Assembly: GCA_040767425.1 (NCBI GenBank)
Contig: JAXGON010000001.1
Location: 5,477-69,476 of the forward strand
Length of the DNA stretch: 64,000 bases
Source of the DNA: Anaerolineae bacterium
GTDB taxonomy: Bacteria > Chloroflexota > Anaerolineae > UBA1429
Direction of reading: 5' to 3'
The stretch's first letter is position 1, and every line of letters starts with the position of its first letter. The position numbers and the translations under genes were made by a program. This document shows positions 35,505 through 45,210 of the stretch, in pieces. The notes under the pieces were generated by a model. That model worked only from the letters and a program-made list of their open reading frames with translations, searched no databases and was not told the origin of the DNA.

Positions 35505-38186
35505 CTAGGCTTCCAGCGTCGCCAGGCGCTCTTCCAGGCGCTGCTTGCGTTCCTGGTGCGAGGCCAGCTTGTCCCGCTCCCGCTGTACCACCTCGGCCGG
35601 CGCCTTGCTGCAGAACCCCTCGTTGCTCAACAGCTTTTCCGAGCGTGCAATCTCGCCCTCGGCGGCCTCGATCTCGCTACGGAGACGCTCCCTTTCACGA
35701 TCAAGATCGACCAGATCCGCTAACGGCAGATAGCACTCGATGCTGCCCACGACCAGGGTCAGGGCCTGGGCGGGCTTGTCCTCAAGCTTCGAGGCGATTT
35801 CTAGCCGTGATGGCTCCACGCGAGCCAGGCTAGAGAGCACCCCGCGGATCCCCTCAAGCCACGGCGTCTGGTCCCCCGCCACGACGATGGCCGCGATCCA
35901 CCGCCCCGGTTCCACATCATACTCGGCGCGGGCGTTGCGGATAGCCCGCACCAACGCAAAGAGGGCATCGACCTCAGCCATGGCGCGGGCATCGGAGGGG
36001 CCCGCCTGTGGCCACGGGGCCACGATCAGCGCGTCGCCCCGATGGGGCAGGTACTGCCACGCCGCCTCGGTCACGAACGGCATGAACGGGTGCAGCAGGC
36101 GCAAGCTGCCCACGAGCACATAGACCAGCACGCGCCGCGCCGCATCGGCGCTGGCAGGGTCCTGGCTTCGGAGGCGCACCTTGCTGGCCTCGATGTACCA
36201 GTCACAGTACTCGCCCCACAGGAACTCGTAGAGCTGTCTCCCGGCCTCGCCGATCTGGAACGCGTTCACCAGGCGCGATGTCTCCTCGATCAGCTGGTGA
36301 TAGCGGCTCACGATCCAGCGATCCAGCGGATCCTTCAGGGTGGCGGGATCCAGCGGTTCCTCTGACGGGGTGAATGCCTCCGGCTCCGCGCCCAGATTGC
36401 CGAGCACATACCTGGCCGCCTGCCAGATCTTGTTGCAAAAGTTGCGGTTCGATTCCACGCGTTCCATGGCCAGCTTCATGTCGTTGCCTGGCGTGGAGCC
36501 CGTCAGCAGGGTAAAGCGTAACGCGTCGAGCCCGTACTCGTCGATTACCAGCAACGGATCGTACTGGTCCACATCCGGCAACGACTTGCTGATCTTGTTG
36601 CCGTTGCGATCTCGCACCAGCCCGTGTAGGTAGACGGTATGGAACGGCAGCTCGCCGGTCATCTCTAGGCCCATCATCACCATGCGGGCGACCCAGAAGA
36701 ACAGAATGTCATAGCCGGTCTCCATGACCGACGTCGGGTAAAAGTAGCGCAGATCGGCCGTATCGTCGGGCCAGCCCAGCGTCGAGAACGGCCAGAGCGC
36801 CGACGAGAACCAAGTGTCGAGCACGTCGGGATCCTGCGTGAGCTCGGTGCCGCCACACTCGGTGCAGGTGGTGGGATCCTCGCGCCCCGTCATCATGGCG
36901 CCACAAGCATCGCAGTACCACACGGGGATGCGGTGCCCCCACCAAAGCTGGCGGGAGATGCACCAGTCGCGGATGCCCTCCATCCAATCGGTATAGACCT
37001 TGGCAAAGCGCTCGGGCACGATGCGTAGGCGACCATCGCGCACAGCCTGAAGGGCCGGCTCTGCCAACGGCTTGGCCTTGACGAACCACTGGGTCGAGAT
37101 GCGTGGCTCGATGACGGTATCGCAGCGCTGGCAGTGCCCCACGCTGTGATGGTACGGCTCGATCTTGACCAGATCACCAGCCTCGTCGAGCTGAGCGACC
37201 AACGCTTGGCGGCAATCTAGCGTGCTCATACCCGCAAAGGGGCCGGCGGCATCGCTCATGGTTCCCTGATTCGTCATCACGTCGACGCTGGCCAGGCCGT
37301 GTCGCTGGCCGATCTCATAGTCCACCGGGTCATGAGCGGGGGTGACCTTGACGGCGCCTGTGCCGAACTCGGAATCCACCGCCTCATCGGCGATGATGGG
37401 CACCTCGCGCTGAACGAACGGGATCACCACCTGCTGCCCGATGAGGTTGTGGTAGCGGTCATCGTCGGGATGCACCGCCACGGCGGTATCACCCAGGATC
37501 GTCTCTGGGCGAGTGGTGGCCACCACGATGGATTGCGAGCGATCGGGCGTCCAGTAGCGCACGTACCACAGGTTGGTGTCGGTCTCGGCGTGCTCCACCT
37601 CGAGATCGGAGATGGCCGTGCCGCAGCGGGGACACCAGTTCACCAGATAGAGGCCGCGGTAGATCAGTCCCTGGTCATACAAGCGCACAAAGGCCTCCCG
37701 CACGGCACGGGACAGGTCCTCCTCCATGGTGAACCGTTCGCGCTCCCAGTCGCACGAGATGCCCAAGCGGCGTTGCTGCTGGGTGATGCGGGCGTGATAG
37801 ATGGCCTTCCACTCCCACACGCGCTCGATGAACCCGTCGCGGCCCAGGTCGTGCCGAGAGAGCCCTTCGCGGGCCAGCTCACGCTCAACCACGTTCTGGG
37901 TGGCAATGCCGGCGTGATCGGTGCCTGGCACCCACAGCGTCGGCTCGCCCAGCATACGGTGGTAGCGGATCAGGGCGTCCTCGATGCTGGACATGATGGC
38001 ATGGCCCAGATGCAAGGCGCCGGTCACATTGGGAGGCGGCATCGAGATGACAAACGGCTTGCGCTCGGGGTCGACGCTAGGGCGAAAGAACCCTCGCCTC
38101 TCCCACCACTCGTAGAGCGGCTGTTCGATCAGCCCAGCGTCATAGATTTTGGGCATCTCTGACGGAAGCGGTGCTCTGGGATCCAT
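35505..38186 (-). CDS. valS: Valyl-tRNA synthetase.
   Basis: Has the HIGH-region PPNVTGALHLGHA, the KMSKS-like KISKS, an editing domain and a C-terminal coiled coil. A GGAGAGGAGA Shine-Dalgarno precedes the ATG at 38186 (MDPRAPLPSEMPKIYD). Confidence 0.9.
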   Translation of the reverse strand: MDPRAPLPSEMPKIYDAGLIEQPLYEWWERRGFFRPSVDPERKPFVISMPPPNVTGALHLGHAIMSSIEDALIRYHRMLGEPTLWVPGTDHAGIATQNVVERELAREGLSRHDLGRDGFIERVWEWKAIYHARITQQQRRLGISCDWERERFTMEEDLSRAVREAFVRLYDQGLIYRGLYLVNWCPRCGTAISDLEVEHAETDTNLWYVRYWTPDRSQSIVVATTRPETILGDTAVAVHPDDDRYHNLIGQQVVIPFVQREVPIIADEAVDSEFGTGAVKVTPAHDPVDYEIGQRHGLASVDVMTNQGTMSDAAGPFAGMSTLDCRQALVAQLDEAGDLVKIEPYHHSVGHCQRCDTVIEPRISTQWFVKAKPLAEPALQAVRDGRLRIVPERFAKVYTDWMEGIRDWCISRQLWWGHRIPVWYCDACGAMMTGREDPTTCTECGGTELTQDPDVLDTWFSSALWPFSTLGWPDDTADLRYFYPTSVMETGYDILFFWVARMVMMGLEMTGELPFHTVYLHGLVRDRNGNKISKSLPDVDQYDPLLVIDEYGLDALRFTLLTGSTPGNDMKLAMERVESNRNFCNKIWQAARYVLGNLGAEPEAFTPSEEPLDPATLKDPLDRWIVSRYHQLIEETSRLVNAFQIGEAGRQLYEFLWGEYCDWYIEASKVRLRSQDPASADAARRVLVYVLVGSLRLLHPFMPFVTEAAWQYLPHRGDALIVAPWPQAGPSDARAMAEVDALFALVRAIRNARAEYDVEPGRWIAAIVVAGDQTPWLEGIRGVLSSLARVEPSRLEIASKLEDKPAQALTLVVGSIECYLPLADLVDLDRERERLRSEIEAAEGEIARSEKLLSNEGFCSKAPAEVVQRERDKLASHQERKQRLEERLATLEA

Positions 38187-38470
38187 CGGGTCTCCTCTCC
38201 GGTCAGGGCTATGCTGACCGCACAACAAAAAAGGCTCCTTCGTCTTCTTGGAGACGAAAGAGCCCTTCCGCGGTACCACTCCAGTTCGATGGCGGTCACC
38301 AGGCACACCACCGCGCTCGATGGCTGTAACGGGCGTTCCCGGACTGGCCTACCTATTCAGCCAGCCTGCTCCCAGGCGACTTTGGGCTGCGCTTGCCGCG
38401 AGGGGCTTTCAGCCGGTGACCCCTCTTCTCTACCAGCGCCCGACAGCCTACTCCTCCTGCTCACTGCAGT
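38187..38470 (-). promoter_or_regulatory. T-box riboswitch leader of valS, with its promoter at 38478-38506 and an intrinsic terminator.
   Basis: On the minus strand: promoter TTGACC-17-TACAAT; a stem-I region containing GGGGUCACC, which carries a GUC Val codon followed by a purine; the conserved T-box AACUGGAGUGGUACCGCGG (forward 38264-38282); and a terminator GGCUCUUUCGUC-loop-GACGAAGGAGCC plus UUUUUUGUU (forward 38224-38265). Confidence 0.6.
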
Positions 38471-38737
38471 TGACCAGATTGTAGCATGGGGGCGGCCGGC
38501 GGTCAACCTGAGGTTTCGAACGGAAAGGGGAGCACCCCTGGGCGACAAAACAACGGGTTCCACCGAGCGAGAGGCGCCTTCGCCGCTGCAGAGGTCCCCG
38601 AGATCAGGTTGCCGGGACGCGGCCAGTGGCACCCGCCCGCTCTCTTGCATATAATAGACTCAGCAAGCAAGGGTGCTTTCGCGACCGAGGCCGGTTTTTC
38701 TGTGGTAGACTCAGAAACATGGTGAAAAGGAACAACG

Positions 38738-39028
38738 ATGATCCTACGAGAACCTCAAGGAGATAAAGTCCGCGTCACGTTTCGCCTGCCGTCGACCATC
38801 TGGGCCGAGTCCGTCCATCTGGTCGGCGATTTTAACGACTGGAGCCGGACATCCCACCCGCTGCAGCGGACGCGCGATGGCGAGTGGGAGATCAGTCTGG
38901 TTCTCGACCAGGGCAAGAGCTACCAGTTTCGGTATCTGGTGAATTGCAGCGATTGGCAGAATGACTGGAACGCCGACCGTTACGTCTCCAACCCATTTGG
39001 TGGCGAGAACTCGGTCATCGAGACGTGA
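38738..39028 (+). CDS. Small stand-alone CBM48/E-set (glycogen-binding-like) domain protein.
   Basis: 96 aa reading VRVTFRLPSTIWAESVHLVGDFNDWSRTSHPLQRTRDGEWEISLVLDQGKSYQFRYLVN, the typical CBM48/isoamylase-N-terminal beta-sandwich pattern. Confidence 0.6.
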   Translation: MILREPQGDKVRVTFRLPSTIWAESVHLVGDFNDWSRTSHPLQRTRDGEWEISLVLDQGKSYQFRYLVNCSDWQNDWNADRYVSNPFGGENSVIET

Positions 39029-39070
39029 TTCGTTCGCTGGCGATTGCGGGCCGACCAACGAGAGGGATGG

Positions 39071-39742
39071 ATGCTTGCTCCCCAGATCGTCCATCGGTGG
39101 GATTGCACCCCCAAAGAGGCCATGATGCTTCAAGCCTCCTTGGCGTCCCAAGTTGTGGTGGAGCCCTCTGGCGTTGGCCGAGCTGACACCGTGGCCGGCA
39201 TCGACGTCAGCGTGGTGGACGGCCAGGCCCGAGCGGCGGTGGTCGTCATGCGGCTGGATCCGATGGAGGCGCTCGAGACCGTCCGCGCCCAACGTGAGGT
39301 CTCGTTTCCCTATATCCCAGGCTTGCTCTCTTTTCGAGAGGGGCCGGTGATTCTCGATGCCCTTGGACAGCTTGAGACCATTCCCGACGTGCTGCTCTTT
39401 GACGGCCAGGGGCGCGCCCATCCGCGCCGACTTGGGATCGCCGCCCACATCGGCGTGCTTCTGGATCGACCCTCGGTGGGCTGCGCCAAGTCACGCCTCT
39501 GTGGCACGCACGACGAGCCCGGTGTTGAACGTGCGGCCTACGCGCCGTTGTATGATGGCGACGAACAGATCGGCGCCGTCTTGAGAACGCGGTCTCGCGT
39601 CAAGCCAGTTTATGTCTCGGTGGGGCACAGAGCGACCCTGGCCGAGGCCATCGAGCTGGTGCTGCGTTGTGGCACGGGCTACAAACTGCCCGAGCCGATC
39701 CGCCAAGCACACCGAGCGGCCTCTCTGGCTGGCTCTGCCTAG
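39071..39742 (+). CDS. nfi: Endonuclease V.
   Basis: Contains GIDVS...AAVVV, SFPYIPGLLSFREGP and FDGQGRAHPRRLGIAAHIGV. Confidence 0.8.
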   Translation: MLAPQIVHRWDCTPKEAMMLQASLASQVVVEPSGVGRADTVAGIDVSVVDGQARAAVVVMRLDPMEALETVRAQREVSFPYIPGLLSFREGPVILDALGQLETIPDVLLFDGQGRAHPRRLGIAAHIGVLLDRPSVGCAKSRLCGTHDEPGVERAAYAPLYDGDEQIGAVLRTRSRVKPVYVSVGHRATLAEAIELVLRCGTGYKLPEPIRQAHRAASLAGSA

Positions 39743-39750
39743 GCCGAGCT

Positions 39751-42700
39751 ATGCATGCAGTGCGCATCCGCCTCATCCTCGCCGCCCTCTGTCTTGGCCT
39801 TCTGGGCGTCTCGTGCTCGCTTCCTCGTGCGCATGCTCAGACGACCGGCTTTGCCGGCACCGTCACCGATATGACTACGGGGGCGCCCATCCAGGGGGCT
39901 ACGATTCGCGTCGAGGGGCAGGCTGCCGTCACCGATGATCAGGGGCGCTACACTCTGGCGGTCCTGCCCGGGCTCCACGACGTCCGCGCTGAGGCCGATG
40001 GCTATATCGGCATGACGCACACCCTCCAGCGCTCTCTGGCTGGCCAGATCACGGCATTGGATTTCGAGATGATCCCGGACAGCCCGACGGCCGAGCAGGA
40101 GGCGGTAATCCAGGCCAAGCTGTTGCGGGAGCCAGCCGAGGCTCAGGTGCTCTTTGCCGAGATCGACGAGGCGGAGCTCTACCAGGTGAGCACGGTGCCC
40201 AGCACCGTTCGGGTGGGGATGCTAGACGGCACCATCGTCACCATGACCATGGACGAGTACCTCAAGGGCGTTGTGCCCCACGAGATGAGCCCCTCGTGGC
40301 CGCTGGAAGCCCTGAAGGCGCAGGCCGTCGCTGCCCGCAGCTATGCCGCGACCAACCGCAAACATGCGGCCGAAGGGTACGATGTCTGCACGACCACGCA
40401 TTGCCAGTACTGGGCGCCGACGCACTATGACACCACCGATGTAGCCGTCGACGCAACCCACGGCCAGGCGGCCCTCTACGATGGATCCATCATCTATGCC
40501 TTTTACCATGGCCACTGCGATGGGCGCACCCGTAGCTATCGCGAGGTCTGGGGCGACGGTTCGGTGGATATCCCCTATCTGCAATCGGTAGAGTGCCCGT
40601 GCGGCTATGAGCAGCTCTGGGGACATGGTGTGGGCATGTGTCAGGAGGGCGCCCGGGCCATGGCGCGCGACCAGGGTAGCGACTATGTCGAGATCCTCCA
40701 GCACTATTACGCCGGCGTCACCGTGGAAGGCCCCACGCCTAACCTGATCACCTCGGCCCAGGTTACGCCGAACGCAGGCACCGATCTGACCGAGTTTGTT
40801 TTTACAGCCACCTATGATGGCCCCTCTTTGGTGTTGCCGGCGGTGGCCAACGTGGTCATCGACGGCCGGGCCTATGCTATGGAGCGCGTGCCTAACGCGG
40901 TGGGATCCGGCTACCACTATCGGCTGGTGATTCGGCTGCCGGCTGGAGGGCACAGTCACTACTATTACTTTGATGACGGTTACGGCAACCCGACCCGGCT
41001 GCCAGCGAGCGGCGCCTATGGCGGCCCCAACGTTTCTGCTAGCATCCCCGGGGGGCCGACGCCCACGCCCGTGCCTTACCTAAGCGATATGGCGCGATCG
41101 CACAGCCTGACCAGCTCAACGGTGGCGGACTGGAGCTGGGGCGCGCACGATGGCACCGTCGCGACAGGTGACGTGAGCGAAGGAGCGCTTTTGCTGGCCG
41201 CCGGCCGCGAGCAGGGCACCTACACCTCCCCTGTGCTGACCTTGCCCGAGCGGTGCGACGCCGTAGCGCTCACGTGGGTGGCTCAGGATCCGCCAGAGCT
41301 CTCTTCATTGCAGCCACGGCCGGTGGCGCTAGAGATCCGCACCCGGCTGGCGGGGACGGCCTGGCGCGCCTGGCAGCCCGTGCCCCCCTCGGATGCCAAT
41401 GGCAGCCGAGGGCGCCTAACGATGTCCGACCTTTGTTTTGGCAACGTCGACGAGGTCCAGTTCCGCGTGACCCTCGCCAAGACGTCGCTGGCCGATCCGG
41501 TGCTGGAGCAGGTTCGGGTGGTGGGGTTGGTGATCGACGACGACAGTGCCGCCATCGAGGCGACACCCTTGGGCATCGTCTCCCGAGAGGGGTGGGGGGC
41601 CGACGAGCAGTTGCGGAGTGGTGACACCAGCTACCGGACCCCCCGCATCATCATCCTGCATCATAGTGGTGCCCCCCTCGGTGGCATGTCAGCCACGCGG
41701 GCTATGCGGGGGTTGTACTACTATGATGCGGTGGTGCGCGAAGTGGGCGACCTGGGCGTCCACTATGTGATCGATGGTGACGGCGTCGTCTATGAGGGGC
41801 GCTATGGGGGCGTGGGGGCCGTAGGACAGCATGCCAGCCAGTATGACTATCATAGCATTGGTATCGTTCTTCTGGGCGATATGGGCGTCGAGACGCCTAG
41901 CCCGGCCATGCTCGCCAGCCTCACCGATCTGTTGGCAAGGCTGGGCACCAACCTGGGCATCCCTGCCACCGAGCGCCGCGCCTTTCAGAACATCACGCCG
42001 CCCACCATGGCCGGCCTGAACGAGCTCTACACGCGGCAGGCGCCGCGCTCGCCGGGTGCAAACGTGATTGCGCGGCTGGCCGAGATTCGTAGCGCTATCT
42101 TGGCCAAGATGGCCAAACTGCCGGCGGATGGCGCACGCGTCGGCGGGATCGTGCCGCTGGAGGTGGAGGCCACCTCTGGCATCACCGAGGTTGTGTTTGC
42201 GGTGAATGGAGCTGTGCGCCATGTGGCCGCTGAAGCGCCCTACCAGTGGCATTGGCATGCCTATGCCGAGAGCGAGGGGCCGAATACTCTGCAAATCACC
42301 ACCCGGACCGACGGTGGCGAGAGCAACATCACGCGGCAGGTGCAGGTCGATCACACGCCGCCGACCGGCGTCGGGATTACCACCTCTGCCTGGACCAACC
42401 GGCGCGCGCTGGATCTGGCCACTGGCGATGCCACCCATGTGCAGGTTGGCTACGGGTGGGTGTGGGAGGGCGAGGATCTTTACCATGGGCCGAACACGGG
42501 CTCTGCGGTGAGCGATTCGGCCGCTATGAACGATGTGGCGTGGCAGGCCGTGCCGCCAACGCACGGTGCCGGCGACTGGTTCGGCCCCTATACCTGCGCG
42601 CTACCGGCATGGGGTGACTATGAGGTCTCGTTTCGTATGCGTCTGGCCTCGCCGGCTGGCAGCGGCACGTTGGCTACTATCAAGGTGCAGGACGAACAGG

Positions 42701-43338
42701 GTCGACGTATCTATGCGCAACGCACCCTCACCGCCGACATGCTGCCTTCCGATGGGTCCTACACCGAGATTAGCCTGAACCTGCCGTACCAGTCAGTCCT
42801 GCCGACTTGCGGCGATCCGGACCGCAGCGATGGGATCGAGTTCTTTGTGCACTATACGGGGGCCGGAGGGCTGGCGCTGGACCGCGTGACCGTGTGGCGC
42901 GCCAGACAGCCCGTAGCGGACACGATCTATGATGCCCTGCCTGAGCAGGATGGTCTCCATGCTGTAGACGTGCGCTTCCTGGATGCCGCCGGCAACGCCG
43001 TGACGCAGCGTGTCACCATCGGCCTGGATCGGACCAAGCCGGTCTGGTCTGGCATCGGCGATCGCTCGGCGGTGGTGCAGGATACGCTTTCGGGGATCGA
43101 TACCGACAACGTGTTCTGGACGGATTCACCGGACGGAGGCGAGACCTGGGGGTCGTGGCGTCCTCTGTCGCTGGCGGCGCCCCTGGGCACCGTCGAGCCG
43201 GTGGCGCTGGTGGCGCCCGACGAGGCGGGCCCGTTGGTGCGGTTCCAGGTGCGAGACCGCGCCGGGAACATGACCATCAACCGCGACGCGCCACTCCTGG
43301 CGTTGCCATGCATCCTTCGCGGCGCTGACGGACGTTAG
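39751..43338 (+). CDS. Large secreted multidomain cell-wall hydrolase: signal peptide, carboxypeptidase-regulatory-like domain, SpoIID/LytB domain, Ig-like/beta-sandwich regions, and an Amidase_2 (N-acetylmuramoyl-L-alanine amidase/PGRP) domain.
   Basis: Signal peptide MHAVRIRLILAALCLGLLGVSCSL. SpoIID motifs (ALKAQAVAARSYA, CTTTHCQYW, GHGVGMCQEGA). Amidase_2 motifs (IIILHHSG, YHYVIDGDGVVYEGR). 1195 aa. Confidence 0.8.
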   Translation: MHAVRIRLILAALCLGLLGVSCSLPRAHAQTTGFAGTVTDMTTGAPIQGATIRVEGQAAVTDDQGRYTLAVLPGLHDVRAEADGYIGMTHTLQRSLAGQITALDFEMIPDSPTAEQEAVIQAKLLREPAEAQVLFAEIDEAELYQVSTVPSTVRVGMLDGTIVTMTMDEYLKGVVPHEMSPSWPLEALKAQAVAARSYAATNRKHAAEGYDVCTTTHCQYWAPTHYDTTDVAVDATHGQAALYDGSIIYAFYHGHCDGRTRSYREVWGDGSVDIPYLQSVECPCGYEQLWGHGVGMCQEGARAMARDQGSDYVEILQHYYAGVTVEGPTPNLITSAQVTPNAGTDLTEFVFTATYDGPSLVLPAVANVVIDGRAYAMERVPNAVGSGYHYRLVIRLPAGGHSHYYYFDDGYGNPTRLPASGAYGGPNVSASIPGGPTPTPVPYLSDMARSHSLTSSTVADWSWGAHDGTVATGDVSEGALLLAAGREQGTYTSPVLTLPERCDAVALTWVAQDPPELSSLQPRPVALEIRTRLAGTAWRAWQPVPPSDANGSRGRLTMSDLCFGNVDEVQFRVTLAKTSLADPVLEQVRVVGLVIDDDSAAIEATPLGIVSREGWGADEQLRSGDTSYRTPRIIILHHSGAPLGGMSATRAMRGLYYYDAVVREVGDLGVHYVIDGDGVVYEGRYGGVGAVGQHASQYDYHSIGIVLLGDMGVETPSPAMLASLTDLLARLGTNLGIPATERRAFQNITPPTMAGLNELYTRQAPRSPGANVIARLAEIRSAILAKMAKLPADGARVGGIVPLEVEATSGITEVVFAVNGAVRHVAAEAPYQWHWHAYAESEGPNTLQITTRTDGGESNITRQVQVDHTPPTGVGITTSAWTNRRALDLATGDATHVQVGYGWVWEGEDLYHGPNTGSAVSDSAAMNDVAWQAVPPTHGAGDWFGPYTCALPAWGDYEVSFRMRLASPAGSGTLATIKVQDEQGRRIYAQRTLTADMLPSDGSYTEISLNLPYQSVLPTCGDPDRSDGIEFFVHYTGAGGLALDRVTVWRARQPVADTIYDALPEQDGLHAVDVRFLDAAGNAVTQRVTIGLDRTKPVWSGIGDRSAVVQDTLSGIDTDNVFWTDSPDGGETWGSWRPLSLAAPLGTVEPVALVAPDEAGPLVRFQVRDRAGNMTINRDAPLLALPCILRGADGR

Positions 43339-44288
43339 CGGGCAGGAATGCGCAGCGTTTGCCCCTCTTTGATGAGGGAAGGGCTGGCCAGCAGATCCTG
43401 ATTGGCCTCCCACAGGGTCTCCCAGTCGAGGCCGTGCGCGCGGGCGATGCTATAGAGCGTGTCGCCGCGCTGAACGGTGTAGCTATCCATCCCATCACCA
43501 GGGCGGGTGGGGGTCGCGATAGCGTAGCGGGTCTGTTGAGGCTCGGTCAACGTGGCCGTGGCTGCCTCTACCGCGGCCTGAAGGCTATCTCCCGGCCACG
43601 ATAGCGTGGGCAGCACCGCGTCGATGGCCACCAGTTCTTCCCCCAGGCGCGCTTCGAGCATCTGCCCCGCGCTAAGGGTTACTTCCTGCGCCCCCATAGA
43701 GACAGTCGCGCTGCCCTGGTGAACGGCGACGGACACCGTGTCGCGATCTAGCACCACGCACCGCACCGTGCCCGATTGGGCGGCAACGGTGGCGACGGGG
43801 GTATCCAGGCTGAGATCGGTACCGCCCACCACCGCACCGCGGATGCTAGCGATGACCTCTCCCTCCACCAAAGCCAGGCTGGCGTGAAGGGCCTGCGAGG
43901 TTCCGCGCCTGGCCATCTCGAGCACCGTCAGCTTGGTTGAGGGGCCAAGCAGGAGACGGTCACTTCCGCCCAGAACCAGCTCTGCGCGGGCTCCATTGCC
44001 GGTGTGCAACTCATCTCCCGCAGAGACGCGCGTGACACTGCCAGCATCCACATAGGGGCGCGTGCTCCCCTGCGAGCTCCCCACCGACACCGAACCGTCA
44101 TGCACCGCCAGCTCACCAGCCGCCTGCGTGAGATTCGGCCCCGCCTGACGCAGCGCCGCATAGCCCACCAGCAGCACGGCCGCCAGTAGGAGCCATGGTC
44201 CCAGCCGGCGACTAGGTCGGCTCTGCGCCGGGCTCAGCGAATAGGGCTCCGTCTTGGGCTTTCTGGGCACGTTCCCCCGTCCTGGCAA
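43335..44288 (-). CDS. FecR-like domain protein with a C-terminal LysM domain, membrane-anchored.
   Basis: N-terminal TM helix (LGPWLLLAAVLLVGYAAL), a FecR-like beta-rich region, and a C-terminal LysM (YTVQRGDTLYSIARAHGLDWETLWEANQ). The start is uncertain because it overlaps the miaA 3' end by 77 nt. Confidence 0.6.
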   Translation of the reverse strand: MPGRGNVPRKPKTEPYSLSPAQSRPSRRLGPWLLLAAVLLVGYAALRQAGPNLTQAAGELAVHDGSVSVGSSQGSTRPYVDAGSVTRVSAGDELHTGNGARAELVLGGSDRLLLGPSTKLTVLEMARRGTSQALHASLALVEGEVIASIRGAVVGGTDLSLDTPVATVAAQSGTVRCVVLDRDTVSVAVHQGSATVSMGAQEVTLSAGQMLEARLGEELVAIDAVLPTLSWPGDSLQAAVEAATATLTEPQQTRYAIATPTRPGDGMDSYTVQRGDTLYSIARAHGLDWETLWEANQDLLASPSLIKEGQTLRIPAR

Positions 44289-45210
44289 AGGTGACGGCCT
44301 TGGCCGCGATCCGCTCGGGGTTCACCTCGGCTATATCGTACCAGGTTATCCACCCTGCCGACAAGCGGAACCAGTTGTACTGCTGCCTGACAAAGCGGCG
44401 CGTGTCACGCTTGATCTGCTGCACGGCCTCCGCCTGGGTGGTCTCACCGGTCAGATAGGCCGCCATCTGCCGATAGCCGAGGCCAGACATGGACGGCAGC
44501 GTCGGGTCATAGCCACGATCCAGCAGTTGCCGCACCTCTTCTTCGAGGCCGGCTGCGAGCATGCGCTCCACGCGGGCATCGATACGCGCGTACAACCGCT
44601 CACGCGAGCAGGTTAGGCCGATGGTCCAGACGTCATAGCCAGGAGGGCGCTTGCGCTGTAGCTTGGAGATGGGCTGTCCAGTGAGATGGTGGACCTCGAG
44701 GGCTCGGATGACCCGCCGTACGTTGCGCGCGTCGATGCTGGCAGCGGCTTCCAGATCGACCTCGGCGAGGCGTTGTGATAGGGCTTTTGCACCCTCGGCC
44801 TCCGCCAGCGCGTACATTCGCTGACGAAAGGCCTCGTCGGGTGGCGCCTCGGGGACGGTCCAGCCCTCGAGCAGCGCTCGCACATAGAGCCCTGTCCCAC
44901 CGACCAGAATGGGGAGCTTTCCACGGGCATGGATCTCTGCGATGGCGGCTTTGGCCAGCTCCAGATACTGGGCCAGCGTCAGGGTGTCATCGGGGTCCAC
45001 GATATCGACCAGATGGTGGGGCAGAACCTCGCGCTCTGCCATGGTGGCCTTGGCGGTGCCGATATCCATGAGACGGTAGATCTGGCGCGAGTCGGCCGAG
45101 ACGGCCTCGGCCGCCACCTGCCGACCTATGCGGAGAGCCAAGTCGGTCTTGCCGACGGCCGTGGGGCCAACGATGGCCAAGAGTCGGATATCCGACGGTT
45201 GGGGGTTCAT
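44212..45210 (-). CDS. miaA: tRNA dimethylallyltransferase.
   Basis: P-loop IVGPTAVGKTDLA, ...ADSRQIY and ...LVGGTGLY. Start taken at MNPQPSD (45210), giving a 4-nt overlap with the yraN stop. Confidence 0.85.
   Translation of the reverse strand: MNPQPSDIRLLAIVGPTAVGKTDLALRIGRQVAAEAVSADSRQIYRLMDIGTAKATMAEREVLPHHLVDIVDPDDTLTLAQYLELAKAAIAEIHARGKLPILVGGTGLYVRALLEGWTVPEAPPDEAFRQRMYALAEAEGAKALSQRLAEVDLEAAASIDARNVRRVIRALEVHHLTGQPISKLQRKRPPGYDVWTIGLTCSRERLYARIDARVERMLAAGLEEEVRQLLDRGYDPTLPSMSGLGYRQMAAYLTGETTQAEAVQQIKRDTRRFVRQQYNWFRLSAGWITWYDIAEVNPERIAAKAVTFARTGERAQKAQDGALFAEPGAEPT

Noticed and set aside
35740-38162. Plus-strand ORFs inside valS (35740..36123 and 37299..38162).
   Set aside because: Antisense shadow ORFs of a confidently identified aminoacyl-tRNA synthetase gene.
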